A stretch of 63,997 bases of DNA, the filler included, from Malassezia furfur (Eukaryota), in NCBI GenBank assembly GCA_052055015.1. It is 24 parts of 24 records of this genome, joined end to end, with 100 filler letters (N's around TTAATTAATTAA, not from the genome) between each part and the next. Parts side by side here need not be neighbours in the genome. Positions count along the whole stretch, not along the records: positions 21,842 to 24,449 come from JBQJIT010000875.1; positions 24,550 to 27,150 come from JBQJIT010000876.1; positions 27,251 to 29,850 come from JBQJIT010000877.1; positions 29,951 to 32,549 come from JBQJIT010000878.1; positions 32,650 to 35,245 come from JBQJIT010000879.1; 19 more parts are not named here. The stretch is one strand, 5' to 3'. Under the pieces are notes generated by a model. It was not told where the DNA came from and made no database searches. It worked only from the letters and a program-made list of their open reading frames with translations. Positions 21,842-33,518 of this stretch are shown here, piece after piece (the first letter of the stretch is position 1; every line of letters begins with the position of its first letter). A program made the translations under genes and the position numbers.

Positions 21842-24449
21842 CGCGGACGCGTACGCGGGCCTCCCGGACGGCGCCGCAGACGCCGCGCGCGCCGTGCCCG
21901 GCGCGCTGCTGGTCGCGCCGTGTGTGCCGCTGCAGGTCGCCACGCTCGCGCACACCCTCGAGACGCCCGCCGCGCGCCTGTACATCAACCACGTGCGCAT
22001 CCCCGGCGGCGAGGCGCGGGTGTGGGCGCAGGCGCTGTCGCGGCACCCGATCTACCGCACCGTGTTTGCCGCGGTGGGCGACACGTTTGTGCAGGTCGTC
22101 ACCTCCACGCGCGTCGCCGCTGCGACGCACGGCGGGGCGTGGACCGACGCGGCGTGCGACGCGGTGGCCGACGCGCTCATTGCGCACCTGACCGACGCGC
22201 CGCCCGTGCGTGTCGTGCAGTACGACGAGGGCGTGTGTGTGAGCATGCACCACGCCGTGTACGATGCGGCGTCGTGGGCGATGCTGCGCGCCGAGGTCGA
22301 GCGCGGCGTGCCGGAAGGCGATGCGCCCGCGGACGAGTATGCGGCGTTTGCGCGCCACGTCGCGGCGCACGAGGCGGAGGCCACGGCGTACTGGGCCGCG
22401 TCGCTGACCGACATGGTGTCCACGCCGTGCCCCACGCTGACGGGCGCGTACGATGCGCCGCAGCGCGCGGCGTCGCTGCGGTACGTCGTGCCGCTCGCGC
22501 TGCACACGCTCACGGCGCGTGCGCAGGCCGCGGGCGTGTCGCTGCACGCGCTGCTCCTCGCGGCGTTCTGCACGCTGCTCGCGCAGTACGTGGACGAGGA
22601 CGAGGCGACGCTCGGGCTCGTGCTGTCCGGCCGCCTGGGCGCCGCGCGCGACGCGGAGGTGCATGGCCCGTGCACGACGACCGTGCCGTTCCGGTGGCGC
22701 GCCGCGGACGCGCTCGCGACGACGCACCGCCGCCTGTACGAGATGCTGCCGCACCAGTTTGTGCGCCTCGCGTCGGTGGCGCGCGCCGTGCAGACGCCGC
22801 GCCTGTTTGACGTGCTGTTTTCGTACCTGCCCGAGCGCGCCGACGACGGCGGCGTGCGCGACGCGATGGCCACGGGCTACCCGCTGGCGCTCGAGGTGCA
22901 CACCGACGCGGCGCGCGACGAGCTCGCGTGCGAGCTCGTGTACGCGCCCGACCGCGTGCCGCCCGCGCAGGCCGCGCTGCTCGTCGCGCAGTGGGGCGAC
23001 GCGCTCGGCAGCGCACAGGGCGCGCGCTCGCTCGTGCACGACACGCCGCGCATGCCCGCGGACGCCGACGCGTTTCTCGCGCGCTTTGCGCGGCACGCCG
23101 CGGCGCGCCCGGATGCGGACGCCGTGACGTTCGCCACGGCGCTGCGCCCGCTCGACGCGACGACGTGGTCGTACGCGGAGCTCGACCGCGCCAGCACGCG
23201 CTACGCCGCACACCTCGCGCGCCACGGCACGGTCGGCAGCGCGGTGTTTGTGCACCTCACGCGGCGCATCGAGCTGTACGCGGTGCTGCTCGGCGTGTGG
23301 AAGGCACAGCGCACGTACGTGCCGCTCGACCCGACGCTGCCCGCCGAGCGCCTCGCGTACATGGTCGACACGGTGGGCGGCGGCGTCGTGGTGACCGACG
23401 GCACGCCGCCGGCGACCGCGCAGCCGCTCACGGTGCTTGCGCTCGATGCGCTCGCACACGACGCGCCCGCGGCGGTGCCGCCGCCCGCGCTCGACGTCCC
23501 GGCGTACATCCTGTTCACGAGCGGGAGCACGGGCAAGCCCAAGGGCGTGCAGGTGTCGCACCGCGCGCTCGCGGCCGCGCTCGTGTCGTGGGACGCCATG
23601 CTCCCATACACGCCCGCGTCGCGCCTGCTGCAGCTCGCGTCGCCCGGCTTCGACGTGAGCCTGTTCGAGGTGTGCCTGCCGCTCGGCCTCGGGTTCGCGA
23701 TGGCGAGCGCGCCCAAGGACGCGCTGCTCGCCGACCTCGAGCACGCGTTCCACGCGCTGCGCATCACGATGGCCGACGTGCCCGCGGCGCTCGCGTCGCT
23801 CCTGCACCCCGCACGCATGCCGCCGCTCGAGTGGCTCATGAGCGGCGGCGACGTGATCGACGAGCGCGTCGTGCACACGTGGGCGACGCCGCCGCAGCGC
23901 CTCGTGAACGCGTACGGGCCGACCGAGGGCACGATCGGCAACACGCTCGGGTTCATGACGCCCACGACGCGCCGCAGCGTCGTCGGCGAGGTGTACCCCG
24001 CGACCACGCTGCTCGTGCTGCCCCCGCCGGGCGCCGCAGACGCCGCGCAGCCCGTGTACGCCGGCGCGATCGGCGAGCTGGCCGTCGCCGGGCCGCAGGT
24101 CGCCGACGGCTACGTCGGCGCGCCCGAGCTCACCGCCGCCAAGTTCCCCACGCTCGGCGGCCGCCGCGTGTACCGCACGGGCGACCGCGGGCGCCTGCTG
24201 TGCGACGGGCGCGTCGAGTGCCTCGGGCGCATCGAGCGCGGCCAGGTCAAGGTCAACGGCCAGCGCGTCGAGCTCGACGAGATCGCGCACGAGCTCGCCG
24301 TCGAGCCGGGCGTCCGCGACGCGCAGGTGCAGTACCTGCAGCACCCGTCGCACCCCAGCAAGCAGCTCGTCGCGTTCCTCGCGGCGGGCGCGCTGCACAC
24401 CGCCGAGCACGGCGCGCCGCGAGCGCCTCGCGGCGTACATGGTGCCGGC
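21842..24449 (+). CDS. non-ribosomal peptide synthetase internal fragment (condensation + adenylation domain), possibly siderophore synthetase
   Basis: HHAVYD (C domain), YILFTSGSTGKPKGV, NAYGPTE, GELAVAG, YRTGD, QVKVNGQRVELDEI. Confidence 0.93.
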
Positions 24450-24549
24450 NNNNNNNNNNNNNNNNNNNNNNNNNNNNNNNNNNNNNNNNNNNNTTAATTA
24501 ATTAANNNNNNNNNNNNNNNNNNNNNNNNNNNNNNNNNNNNNNNNNNNN

Positions 24550-24793
24550 ACGTGGGCTCGGTCGCCGACGCCGCCGCCGCCGACGCCGACGCGCCGCCGA
24601 CGCTCACGTCCGTCACCGCCTCGGTGGACGTGGACGTCGCGCGCGACGTGTCGGTCGGTGCCTCGGACGTGCGCAGCACATCCGACGCAGGCATGCCACG
24701 TCCCTGCGCAATCGCAATGTCCTCAAGACGCGACGTCGCGGCCTCGAGACGCTTGAGCAGCGTTTGCAGGTTGCCGATCCCGGACGAGCTCAT
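24550..24793 (-). CDS. SRV2: adenylyl cyclase-associated protein Srv2/CAP N-terminus (3'-partial)
   Basis: LQTLLKRLEAATSRLEDIA (RLE repeats). Confidence 0.88.
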
Positions 24794-24812
24794 GGTAGTG
24801 GGGAACAATCAA

Positions 24813-26675
24813 CTATGTGGAGGCCACGGGCGCGGGCGCCGCCGCTGCCGCCGCCGCGGACGCCGCGTGCACGGCCGCGGCGACCGTGTCGAGCCCCTCG
24901 GCGACACGCACCTTGAGGTCCAGGAGCGTGTGCAGCGCATTGCACATCTCGTCGTGCATCGTCGCACGCTCCGCATCCGTCGACACGATCGCCTCCTGCA
25001 GCTGCAGCTCGGCGGCCGCCTTGCGCGCCTCGGCCTGCTGCAGCGCCACCTGGCTCGCGTGCGCAATCGTGCGCACCAGCTCCTCCTGCCGCTCCGCCTC
25101 GGCGTGCGCGACCTGCTCCTCGTCGCTCATCGTGCGCGCTACGTCGGCCAGCTGCGCACGCAGCGCCTCGAGACGCGACTCGACCGAGCGCCGCTGCCGC
25201 CGCTGCGCCGCAAGCTGCTCGAGCAGCGTGTCGAGCGCCTCTTGCCGCGCGCCGCGCTCGTGCGTAAGCGTGCGCAGGCGCTCGTGCTGCGCGGCACGCG
25301 CGCTGTCGATGTGCGCCACAATCGTGCGCATCTCGACGCCGGGCGGCAGCATCGTCGCCGCCTGGCTGGGGCACAGCGCTAGCGCTTCGACCTCGCCGTC
25401 GTCCTCCCGCGGCAGCGGCCACACCGCAGCCCGCCGCGCTGCTGGCTCGATCTGCCGCACACGCGCATCGACGTCGGCCTGCCGCCGCGCCAGCTCCACC
25501 TCGTGCTTCCAGCACCGCTCGAGCGTCGCGCGGTGCGTCTGGGCGAGCGCGTCGCGCTCGGTCGCCAGCGCATCGCGCTCGGCGGCCATGCGTGCAAACT
25601 CGTCCGCAGACACGTCCTGCGCGTCCACGAGCGCCTGCTGCCGCGCACGCTCGGCCTGCTTCGCGTCGAGCTCCTCGCGCGCCTCGACCAGTGCCGTGTG
25701 CAGGCGGCCGATCGTCCGCCGCGTCTTGTCGAGCTTGGGCGCGAGCACCGCGTCGCGGTACTGCGTAAACTTGGCAATGTCGCCCTGCAGCACCTCGCTC
25801 TCGTGCTGCTCGCGCGCCAGCGGCGATGCTCGCGCCGTCAGCGCGTCGTGCTCGGCGTCCAGCGCCTGCTTGTCGTGCTCGAGCGCGGCCACCTGGCGCG
25901 CAAGCTCGTCGTTCTTGGCGCGGAACGCCGCCTGGAGCGCAGCGGTGTCCTCGGGGTAGGTGTCCTGGTTGTCCCAAAACTTGGCGTAGCACCGCCAGAG
26001 GTACGGGAAGAAGAGCGCATGCAGCTCGTTGTCGTCGGCGCGCTCGAGCGGGCCGCTGCCGATCGTCGCGACCTCGCTGCCGAGCCGCACGAGCCAGTCG
26101 AGCATCGCGAGGCACGCCGGCCAGTGCGGCTGGCTGCCGGCGGCCATCAGCTTCGTCTTGGTCAGCTCCTCCAGAAAGGGGTAGCGCACGTCGCGCAGCA
26201 GCTGCATCACCTCTTCCTCAAACTTGCGCCCGTCCGCACCCAGCACATAGGTCGCATCAATACACTCGCGGTACACGTGCCGGAACATGGCCACAAACGC
26301 ACTCTGCGTCGGCTCATGCACCAGCCGCGACGTCCACCCTGCCATGGTAAAGCCCGTCTGCTCAAGAAAGGCAGTGAGCTTGGCCTCCATCACGGCGCGC
26401 GCATTCTTCACACGCAGCCGGCTGTCTTTGAGCGCAGGCGCCGCGCCAGGCGCAAGCGACATGCGGCCCACCACCGAGCGCCGCCCGGCAATCGACCGCC
26501 GCCGCGGCGACAAGGGCGCTACACTCGAGCGCCGCGGCGCAATCGCCGACATGCGTGGCGCGAGCGACATGCGGGGACCCGCGCCTGCCACAGGTGGCGC
26601 CTTGCCAGGCTTGCTCACGACCGCACCCTGGTTCGTATCGAGTGCCCCCAGCGTGGTGCGCCGGGCGTCGGTCAT
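24813..26675 (-). CDS. NDC80: kinetochore protein Ndc80/Hec1
   Basis: basic tail with RRS/RMS sites, CH domain (PTQSAF..MF, KFEEEV..LL..VRYPF, HWP.CLAMLDWL), long coiled coil. Confidence 0.9.
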   Translation of the reverse strand: MTDARRTTLGALDTNQGAVVSKPGKAPPVAGAGPRMSLAPRMSAIAPRRSSVAPLSPRRRSIAGRRSVVGRMSLAPGAAPALKDSRLRVKNARAVMEAKLTAFLEQTGFTMAGWTSRLVHEPTQSAFVAMFRHVYRECIDATYVLGADGRKFEEEVMQLLRDVRYPFLEELTKTKLMAAGSQPHWPACLAMLDWLVRLGSEVATIGSGPLERADDNELHALFFPYLWRCYAKFWDNQDTYPEDTAALQAAFRAKNDELARQVAALEHDKQALDAEHDALTARASPLAREQHESEVLQGDIAKFTQYRDAVLAPKLDKTRRTIGRLHTALVEAREELDAKQAERARQQALVDAQDVSADEFARMAAERDALATERDALAQTHRATLERCWKHEVELARRQADVDARVRQIEPAARRAAVWPLPREDDGEVEALALCPSQAATMLPPGVEMRTIVAHIDSARAAQHERLRTLTHERGARQEALDTLLEQLAAQRRQRRSVESRLEALRAQLADVARTMSDEEQVAHAEAERQEELVRTIAHASQVALQQAEARKAAAELQLQEAIVSTDAERATMHDEMCNALHTLLDLKVRVAEGLDTVAAAVHAASAAAAAAAPAPVAST

Positions 26676-27250
26676 GGAGCAACACACCAACCCGCGACGC
26701 GTCGGTCACGTGGACGGACCTCCACCCGGACGACCCGGCGTCGCGGCGCTCCGGCCGGCCAGGCACGCAGCGCGTGGGCCCGTTTGGCGCACAGAGCGAT
26801 CAGTAATGCTACCCAGAGGCCCCGGTATGCCCAGCATCATCTTGGCGATTGGACGCTGACAGGCTACGGCGTGCCGCGAGTTCCCCACATCTCGCCGAGG
26901 GGCAAAACCATAGCAGGCCACAGCACGCCATGGCACACACACAGCACGTACTCGGCGTGCTCCGCTTTGTACGCGCGTCGCACGCCTGGTACCCACGCCA
27001 AGGCACGCTGTTCCCGCCCTCGCGCCGCCGTGGCCCTCCGCTGCTCCGCACAACGCCCCTGTACTACGACCTCGGCACGTGCCTTGCGTCCCGGCGCCCG
27101 CGCACAGACCGCGACGCGTCGCGCCCCCTGCGTCGCGTCCGCGCCGCGCCNNNNNNNNNNNNNNNNNNNNNNNNNNNNNNNNNNNNNNNNNNNNTTAATT
27201 AATTAANNNNNNNNNNNNNNNNNNNNNNNNNNNNNNNNNNNNNNNNNNNN

Positions 27251-27725
27251 ACGTCGACTCCATCGCGTCGCAGTACTGCAGAAACTTGGCCTCGCGCGAG
27301 TCGCTGCCGTCTGCTGCAATGCCCGCATGCGTCTCGTCGAGATCCGAGATGAACGGAAGAAAGTCGGCGCTGTGCTGCCGCATGTACTGTGCCGCGGCGC
27401 GGCGCAGCATGCGGTAGTCGTACGCCTCCGGCGCGGGGTACCGCACGTTGAGCTGGTCGGCGATCGCCGCATACATGCTGCGTCAGCGCCCCACCACCTA
27501 CCAATGCCCATCGGGCGCGATCTCGTGCAGCTCGACGCCAAGCGACGTCAGCGCCGCATCGAGGGCGCGCTGCTCATCCTCGGCGGCGTGCTCGTCGGCC
27601 TCGCGCACCTCCTGCTCGGCCTCGGCGCGCTTCTGTGCCGCGGCCGCATCGCGGCGCGCAAGGCGCGCTTTCTGGCGACTCATCTTCTTGGGCGGCGCAT
27701 CGGGCGCGCCGGTCGAGCGGTACAT
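27251..27725 (-). CDS. OTU deubiquitinase Otu2/OTUD6-like (3'-partial); intron 27478-27501
   Basis: splicing removes an in-frame TAG and builds EIAPDGHCMYAAIADQL; LRRAAAQYM..H..DFLPF. Confidence 0.9.
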
Positions 27726-27775
27726 GCTACACGCCGGCGAAGCCACGCGCGCTCGGCCGCCGCTACGGACTCTGC

Positions 27776-29220
27776 CTACTTGCATCGCGCCTGCACGATG
27801 GCGCTGCCGTGCTCCTCGTACTCCTGCTTGCTGATCCACAGCTGGTGGAAGGTGCCGAGACTCGCGAGGATGCTCCCGCCGAGCCACGTCGCGTGCCGCC
27901 GCTCGGTGTAGTTGCCGGGCGAGTGGATCTTGATCCGCTGGCTCGGCGCCGCCACACTCAGCTCGTAGCTCAGGCGGTCGATGAAGCCGGGCACAAACGT
28001 CCCGCCGCCGACACACACAATGTTGCTAAACATGGCCGCGCGCGCGTCCACGTCGACGGCCTTGGCGGCCTCGAGGATCAGCTCGGTGAGACCCACATAG
28101 CCGCTCTCGCGCGCCGGCAGCACCCCGGGGCTCGACGTGTACAGGCTCGGCGTGAGCACCGCCTCGGGCGCCTTGAACCGCAGCGGGCCGTACGCATCGT
28201 TGTACCCGTCGGGGAACTCGTACATCTTGGTGGGGCGCGCCGCGGCGTGCGCAGCGTCCCACGGCGCCTCGAGCGTCTGGCACATAGCCTCTTTGAAGTC
28301 GTCCAGCAGCCGCATCGTGTGGTACGCGCGGAACGAGGGCGCGGTGTGCTGCAGCCGGTCCTCGCGCAGCGTCGCCTGCGGCGGCATCCCCGGGTCCACG
28401 GGCTTCTTGGACTTCACCAGGTACTGCGGCACGAGACTGTCGCTCAGCCATCTGTGCAGGTTCTTGTCCTCGCTTTGCTCGTGCGTGAGGCCCCACAGCA
28501 CCGCGCGCGACACGGCGTCGCCGCCGTTCGGCTGCGTGTGGATGCCTTTGCGCAGCACGAAGCCGTCCACGACGGGGATCGCCGAGATGTGCGACGCACC
28601 CACGTCCACCACCAGCGACGTCGGCCGCCCACTCGCAAACGAGCTCAGCACCGTGCGGTTCGCCAGGTAGAACGCGGGCACACCCAGGCCCTCGAACGCG
28701 ACCTCGGCCATCTTCTCGCGCACCGCCGTCGGATTCGTCGGCGGCTCGGTGAGCAGCAGCGGATTCTCGCGCGCGTCCACAGACAGCACATCCATCGCGT
28801 GCTGCGCAAGCGCCTCAAACGCAGACGCGTCCTGTACTGCCGGTCAGTCGCTGCGTACGCACCAATGCCGTCTGCGTCAAACGGCGTGTCAATCTCCAGC
28901 TGGGGGCGCCAGTACGACACACCGGCGTCGCCCACAAACCGCTTGCGCCCACGCGCCACATCCAGCGACACACCGCGCGGCAGCTTCGGCTTCGCCGCCT
29001 CCTCGCTCGCCTCGGCCATCGATACGTCGCCGTCCTCCGCCGCGCCGTTCGCTGACGCGCCGGCCTGGGCGCGGTCCGCGTCGCTCAGCGGGAGCCAGCC
29101 GTAATGCGACGGGAACAGCGCACGCGGCTGGTCCTCCCCGGCCCACCCGCCGCGGAAGAGCGACGTGCCGGGGTCCAGCACAATCGCGTTGATCTCATCG
29201 CCGCCGAACACGCCAGGCAT
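27776..29220 (-). CDS. ARP4: nuclear actin-related protein Arp4; intron 28837-28862
   Basis: [52 protein letters not shown]. Confidence 0.93.
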
Positions 29221-29283
29221 CGTAGCGCAGGTGCCGTGCCGACAAAGTCACGTGCCGCGTCGCGCCCGCGGCTTGCCTGCACC

Positions 29284-29850
29284 ATGCTCCCAGCGCGCCC
29301 GCACGACGCCGGCGTGCGCGCGAGCCCGACGCGCACGCCGCGGCTGGGCATGCATGCGCCGCGCGAGAACGCGTCCCCGTTCAAGCGCGAGCTGGGCAAG
29401 GCGCCTGGTGCGCCCTCGACGTCGCACGCCGCACGCAGCGCGTTCTCCGACAAGACCAACGCCTCCCCCTCGCCCACCCACCGCGCCGCGCCCTCGCCAT
29501 CGAAGCGCAGTGGCGCGAGTCCGTCGAAGGGCGCACCGTGGCCATCCACGGCCAAGAAACCGGTATTCGCACGGCACGACTCGTTCGTTACACCCGCCGC
29601 CAACGTCGGCCGCGCGGGGCAGATCAAGGCGCGCCTCGGCGAACTGCACGACGCCGCCCGTACGCCGGCCGCCGAGCCTGCGCACGCAGACCCCGCACAG
29701 GAGGTGTCCGAGGACGAACTCTATCCCGAGATCGAGTCGATGCCTACATCGCTGCCGGCCCCCTACGTCTTCCCCGCCCAGCTCGACGGCCTGCCGCGCG
29801 CGGCCGACGTTGGCGGCGGGTGTAACGAACGAGTCGTGCCGTGCGAATAC
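29284..29850 (+). CDS. putative securin (3'-partial; last ~60 nt likely chimeric)
   Basis: disordered protein with D-box-like RSAFSDKTN and EDELYPEIESMP motif. Confidence 0.55.
29563..29850. repeat. 60-nt inverted repeat (29563-29622 vs 29791-29850, one mismatch) ending at contig edge
   Basis: direct reverse-complement comparison. Confidence 0.9.
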
Positions 29851-30331
29851 NNNNNNNNNNNNNNNNNNNNNNNNNNNNNNNNNNNNNNNNNNNNTTAATT
29901 AATTAANNNNNNNNNNNNNNNNNNNNNNNNNNNNNNNNNNNNNNNNNNNNGCGTGTGGCGCCGCGCCGGTGGGGTCCGTGGGATGGTCCATCACGAGCAA
30001 AACAGGCTAGAATACAGGGAGACAGGCGGTACACATATACAGTGCCTGCACCGAACGAGTCTGACCAGGCGTCCCGACGCGCAACGACCAGGGACAGCAG
30101 CGAACCGCCGCCGCTGCCGCGAAGAAAAACGCCGCGCCATGCCACGTGGGCGCGCGCGCACGCTGAGTCAGCTACGGAATTACACGGCAGACGGCGAGGA
30201 GGCGCGTGCGGCGCGTGGCAGAGCGTGTGGCGCGTGGCAGAGCGTGCGGCGAGCTGCCGAGGCGGCGCGTGGCGGCGCGTGCGACGTGCTGGCCGGGGCC
30301 GCACACCGCGGCGCACGCGCCTTGCATGCTG

Positions 30332-30430
30332 GCCTAGGTGGCCCACCACGGCGCCTGCGCTTACCCACGCGCCTAGGTGGCCCACCGCGGCCCACGCGCT
30401 TACCCACGCGCCTAGGTGGCACGCGGCGGC
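30332..30430. repeat. 39-bp tandem repeat (~2.5 copies) overlapping the RFC1 stop codon
   Basis: GCCTAGGTGG at 30332, 30371, 30410. Confidence 0.85.
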
Positions 30431-32549
30431 GCACGCGCCTTGCGCTTGCCCTTGGCGGGCGCCGCAGCACGGATGAGCGGGTCCTTGACGTCGGCGTCCT
30501 CTGCGAGCTCGGCCGCTTCGGGCTCCGGCGCAGGCTCCTCGTCGACGCCGTACGCCTCCTCGGTGTCCGGCACGGCCTCGGTGCCGAGCTTGGGCGCACG
30601 CTGCGTCGCGGCCGCCGGCACATTGGCGGTGCGCTGGAACGCGATCGGGCTGTGTAAGTAGGGCGGCGGGGGGCGACGTACTGCGTGCGGGCGTTGTAGG
30701 CGCGCGTGAACGCCGCCTTGACGGGCGCCGCGAGCTTCTTGAGGTGCTCGGCGTGCGTCGCGTTCGGCTCGCCGACCTCGAGCTCGAGCAGGGTGTCGCG
30801 GTCCTCGGGGATCAGGAAGTAGTCGTCCATCGTCGCAATCACCGCATCGACGCCCGCCTGGCCGTCGTGCACGAGCGGGTCGGCGAGGCGCGCAAGCAGC
30901 GCCGACAAATAGCTCTGGCGCACGGCGTCCGCGGAGCTGGAGGCGTGCAGGCGCATGCGCGTCTGCACGTCGACGAGCTCGCGCTGGAGGCGCATGCGCT
31001 TCGAGTTCTGCCCCAGGAACGCGGGGAACGACGGGAAGCCGGCGTGCCCGCCGTACACGAACGAGCACGGGCGCACGCTCGAGGTGATGCCGTGCAGCGG
31101 CATGAGCGACCAGTGCTGCTGCGGCCCGTGCATCAGCGTGTCGACCAGGTCGCCGTCCGAGATGGAGGCGGCGGCGCGCGACACGAGCTGGAGGTGCTTC
31201 CAGTCGCGCATCGGCCCGCTCTCCTTCTGGGCGAGCGCGGGGCTCGTCTTGAGGTAGTTTTCCTCGACCATGAGCGGGACGATGGCGTGGTCCTGGAAGT
31301 AGTAGTCGAGCTTGTCGTTGAGCGACTGGCGGTTGAGCGGCCCGAAGCGCTGCACGCTCGACAGCTCCGCGTACAGCGAGAAGGGCGTCTGGAGCGTGGG
31401 CTTGTGGTTCTGTGCGCCAAACGCCTTGCTCTCGTCAAAGGTCATGGCGCTCTGCGACAGCTTCCACGTCGCGAGCATGTTGGTCACGAGGCGCAGGTCG
31501 CTCTGGGCCGCGACGATCAGCTGGTCCATCACCTCGGCGGGGATGCGCAGCTTCTCGCGGAACGCGATCGAGAGCATGCGCGAGCGGATCGCCTGCACGG
31601 TCGGCTTCGCAAACGTCATGTTGAACGTCGTGCTGTACAGCGGCTGCATCTTGGGGTTGCGCCGGTCGTTGCAGATGCAGATGATCGGCACCTGCGTCTT
31701 GCGGATCAGCGCGTTGATCGCGCCGACGCCCCCGCGGTCGCCGCCGGACATGCCGTCCACCTCGTCCATGACAATCACCGTGCGGTCGGTGATCGGCACG
31801 CCGGCGGCGGCGGCGGCGGCGCCCTGCGTCGCCCACCCCTGGATCGAGCGGTTGCTGATCGTGTCGGTGAGCGCGGCCTCGAGCAGCTTCTTGCTGCGCG
31901 TGTCGCTCGCATTCAGCTCGAGCACCTGGTAGCCCTCGAGCTTGCACACGAGGTGCACCGCCGTCGTCTTGCCGACGCCCGGCGGGCCGGAGATGAGCAT
32001 CGCGCGGAACGTGTTGGTGGCGTTCGGGCCGGGCTTCTTGAAGTGCGCCGCACGCGACTTGGGCCAGTCGCGCAGCCACGCCTGCAGCCGCTCGACGTTC
32101 GCCTTGTTCCCGACGAGCTCCTTGAGCTGCCGCGGCGCATACTTGTCCGTCCACAGCTGGCCCGCAGGCGCGTCCGCCGCGGGCGCAAGCGCGCGCGCCG
32201 CCTGGTGGATGCGCTGCTCGTCCTCCTTCATCTTCTGCACGACCTTGGCGTCGAGCGCCTGCGTGCCGCGCTCGGCGATCAGCGCGAGGAAGCCGTCCTC
32301 GGTGAGCGTGCGCAGCTTGTTCTTGTGGATCACCTCGAGCTTCTTGGCGCCCGCGCCCTCGCCGAGCACGACGTACGACGTCTTGGACGACGGCGCGGTG
32401 GTCACCTTCGCGCCGTACCGCTTCGCGAGGTCCACGGCGTCGTCGCGGCTCAGGCTGCTCAGCTCGCCGGTGAACACGAGCGTGAGGCCCGCGAGGCAGT
32501 TCGGCGCGCCCTCGGGGATCGGCTTCGACCCGGGCGCCGCGGGTCCCGC
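30412..32549 (-). CDS. RFC1: replication factor C large subunit (5'-partial); intron 30650-30681
   Basis: BRCT (GLTLVFTGEL), LWTDKYAP, GPPGVGKTT, ELNASD.RS, MDEVDGMSGGDRGG, spliced AFTRAYNARTHPIAF. Confidence 0.95.
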
Positions 32550-32649
32550 NNNNNNNNNNNNNNNNNNNNNNNNNNNNNNNNNNNNNNNNNNNNTTAATTA
32601 ATTAANNNNNNNNNNNNNNNNNNNNNNNNNNNNNNNNNNNNNNNNNNNN

Positions 32650-33483
32650 GCCGCACCCGCGCCGGCGGCGCACCCTGTGGCGCCTGCGAGCGCCTCGCCG
32701 CCCAGTGGCCGTGGCCGGCCGATGTACATTGCGGCGCAGTCCGACTCGCTGCAGGAGCAGCTCGAGCGCCGGCGGCGCATGCGGCAGCACCAGCAGGACG
32801 CGCTAGACAATTCGGTGGCACGCAAGTCGTCGTATGCGTCGCTGAGCCTCTCGCAGGACGGTGTGGCGATGTCGCCGGCGGTGTCGGTGGACGCCGTGCA
32901 TGCGCGTGCGGCAGGCTCGCCGTCGCCGTCGCCGTCGCGGGGCGCCAACAGTGCGGGGCGGGGCATCCGGTGGTTTGACGATGCGGGCGAGCCGAATATC
33001 TACCTGGCGGTGCATCGCAAGCGCGTGGGCCACCTGGTGGTGCTGCCGACGCGCATCGTCTTCCAACTGACGCACTCGACGATCAAGCCGATGCGTCTGC
33101 CGCCCAACATGTCCGACGTGGAGGCGGCACGGCTCACCAAGGAGGTGGACGGGCGCACCTTTTATCCCCTCATTTCGCCGCGCGACGTGCGCGAGATGGT
33201 GCGTGCCGAGGCGCAAGGGCAGGAGCGCACACCGTTTGAAGCATACTCAGTCATGTCTGCGATGATCCCCGAGCCGGACCGCGTCATGTTTGACGCGCCG
33301 CTCGAGCAGATCGCGACGATCAAGCGCACGCGGAAAAACACGCCTGTGCTCGACACGTGTGCCGAGGGCCTCGAGATTGTGCTGCACGGGCAGCCCAAGG
33401 GCCTGACGCTCCCTGCCGTCGTCGACCGCGACCAGGCGTTCCAGCGGATCCTTGCGCTGGACCCTGCCAAGTGGCCGGCGTGA
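32650..33483 (+). CDS. hypothetical protein C-terminus with possible PH/GRAM-like fold (5'-partial)
   Basis: GHLVV..RIVF, IATIKR, GLEIV, RDQAFQRILAL pattern. Confidence 0.55.
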   Translation, partial: AAPAPAAHPVAPASASPPSGRGRPMYIAAQSDSLQEQLERRRRMRQHQQDALDNSVARKSSYASLSLSQDGVAMSPAVSVDAVHARAAGSPSPSPSRGANSAGRGIRWFDDAGEPNIYLAVHRKRVGHLVVLPTRIVFQLTHSTIKPMRLPPNMSDVEAARLTKEVDGRTFYPLISPRDVREMVRAEAQGQERTPFEAYSVMSAMIPEPDRVMFDAPLEQIATIKRTRKNTPVLDTCAEGLEIVLHGQPKGLTLPAVVDRDQAFQRILALDPAKWPA

Positions 33484-33518
33484 TAAAGGGGCGATTGTCG
33501 CTACATAGTACCAGCAGT

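Noticed and set aside
21786..24440. Very long antisense or alternate-frame ORFs (e.g. 884 aa here, 2987-5215, 40747-42984, 43412-45961)
   Set aside because: Arg/Ala/Gly-rich shadow ORFs caused by high GC and stop scarcity opposite real genes
26800..27150. Possible gene start divergent from NDC80 with a GTATGC..GCTGACAG intron
   Set aside because: No frame yields a recognisable protein; cannot support a call
29791..29850. Inverted repeat as transposon TIR or structured RNA
   Set aside because: Copies coding sequence 170 nt upstream and ends exactly at the contig edge with microhomology; typical fold-back chimeric read
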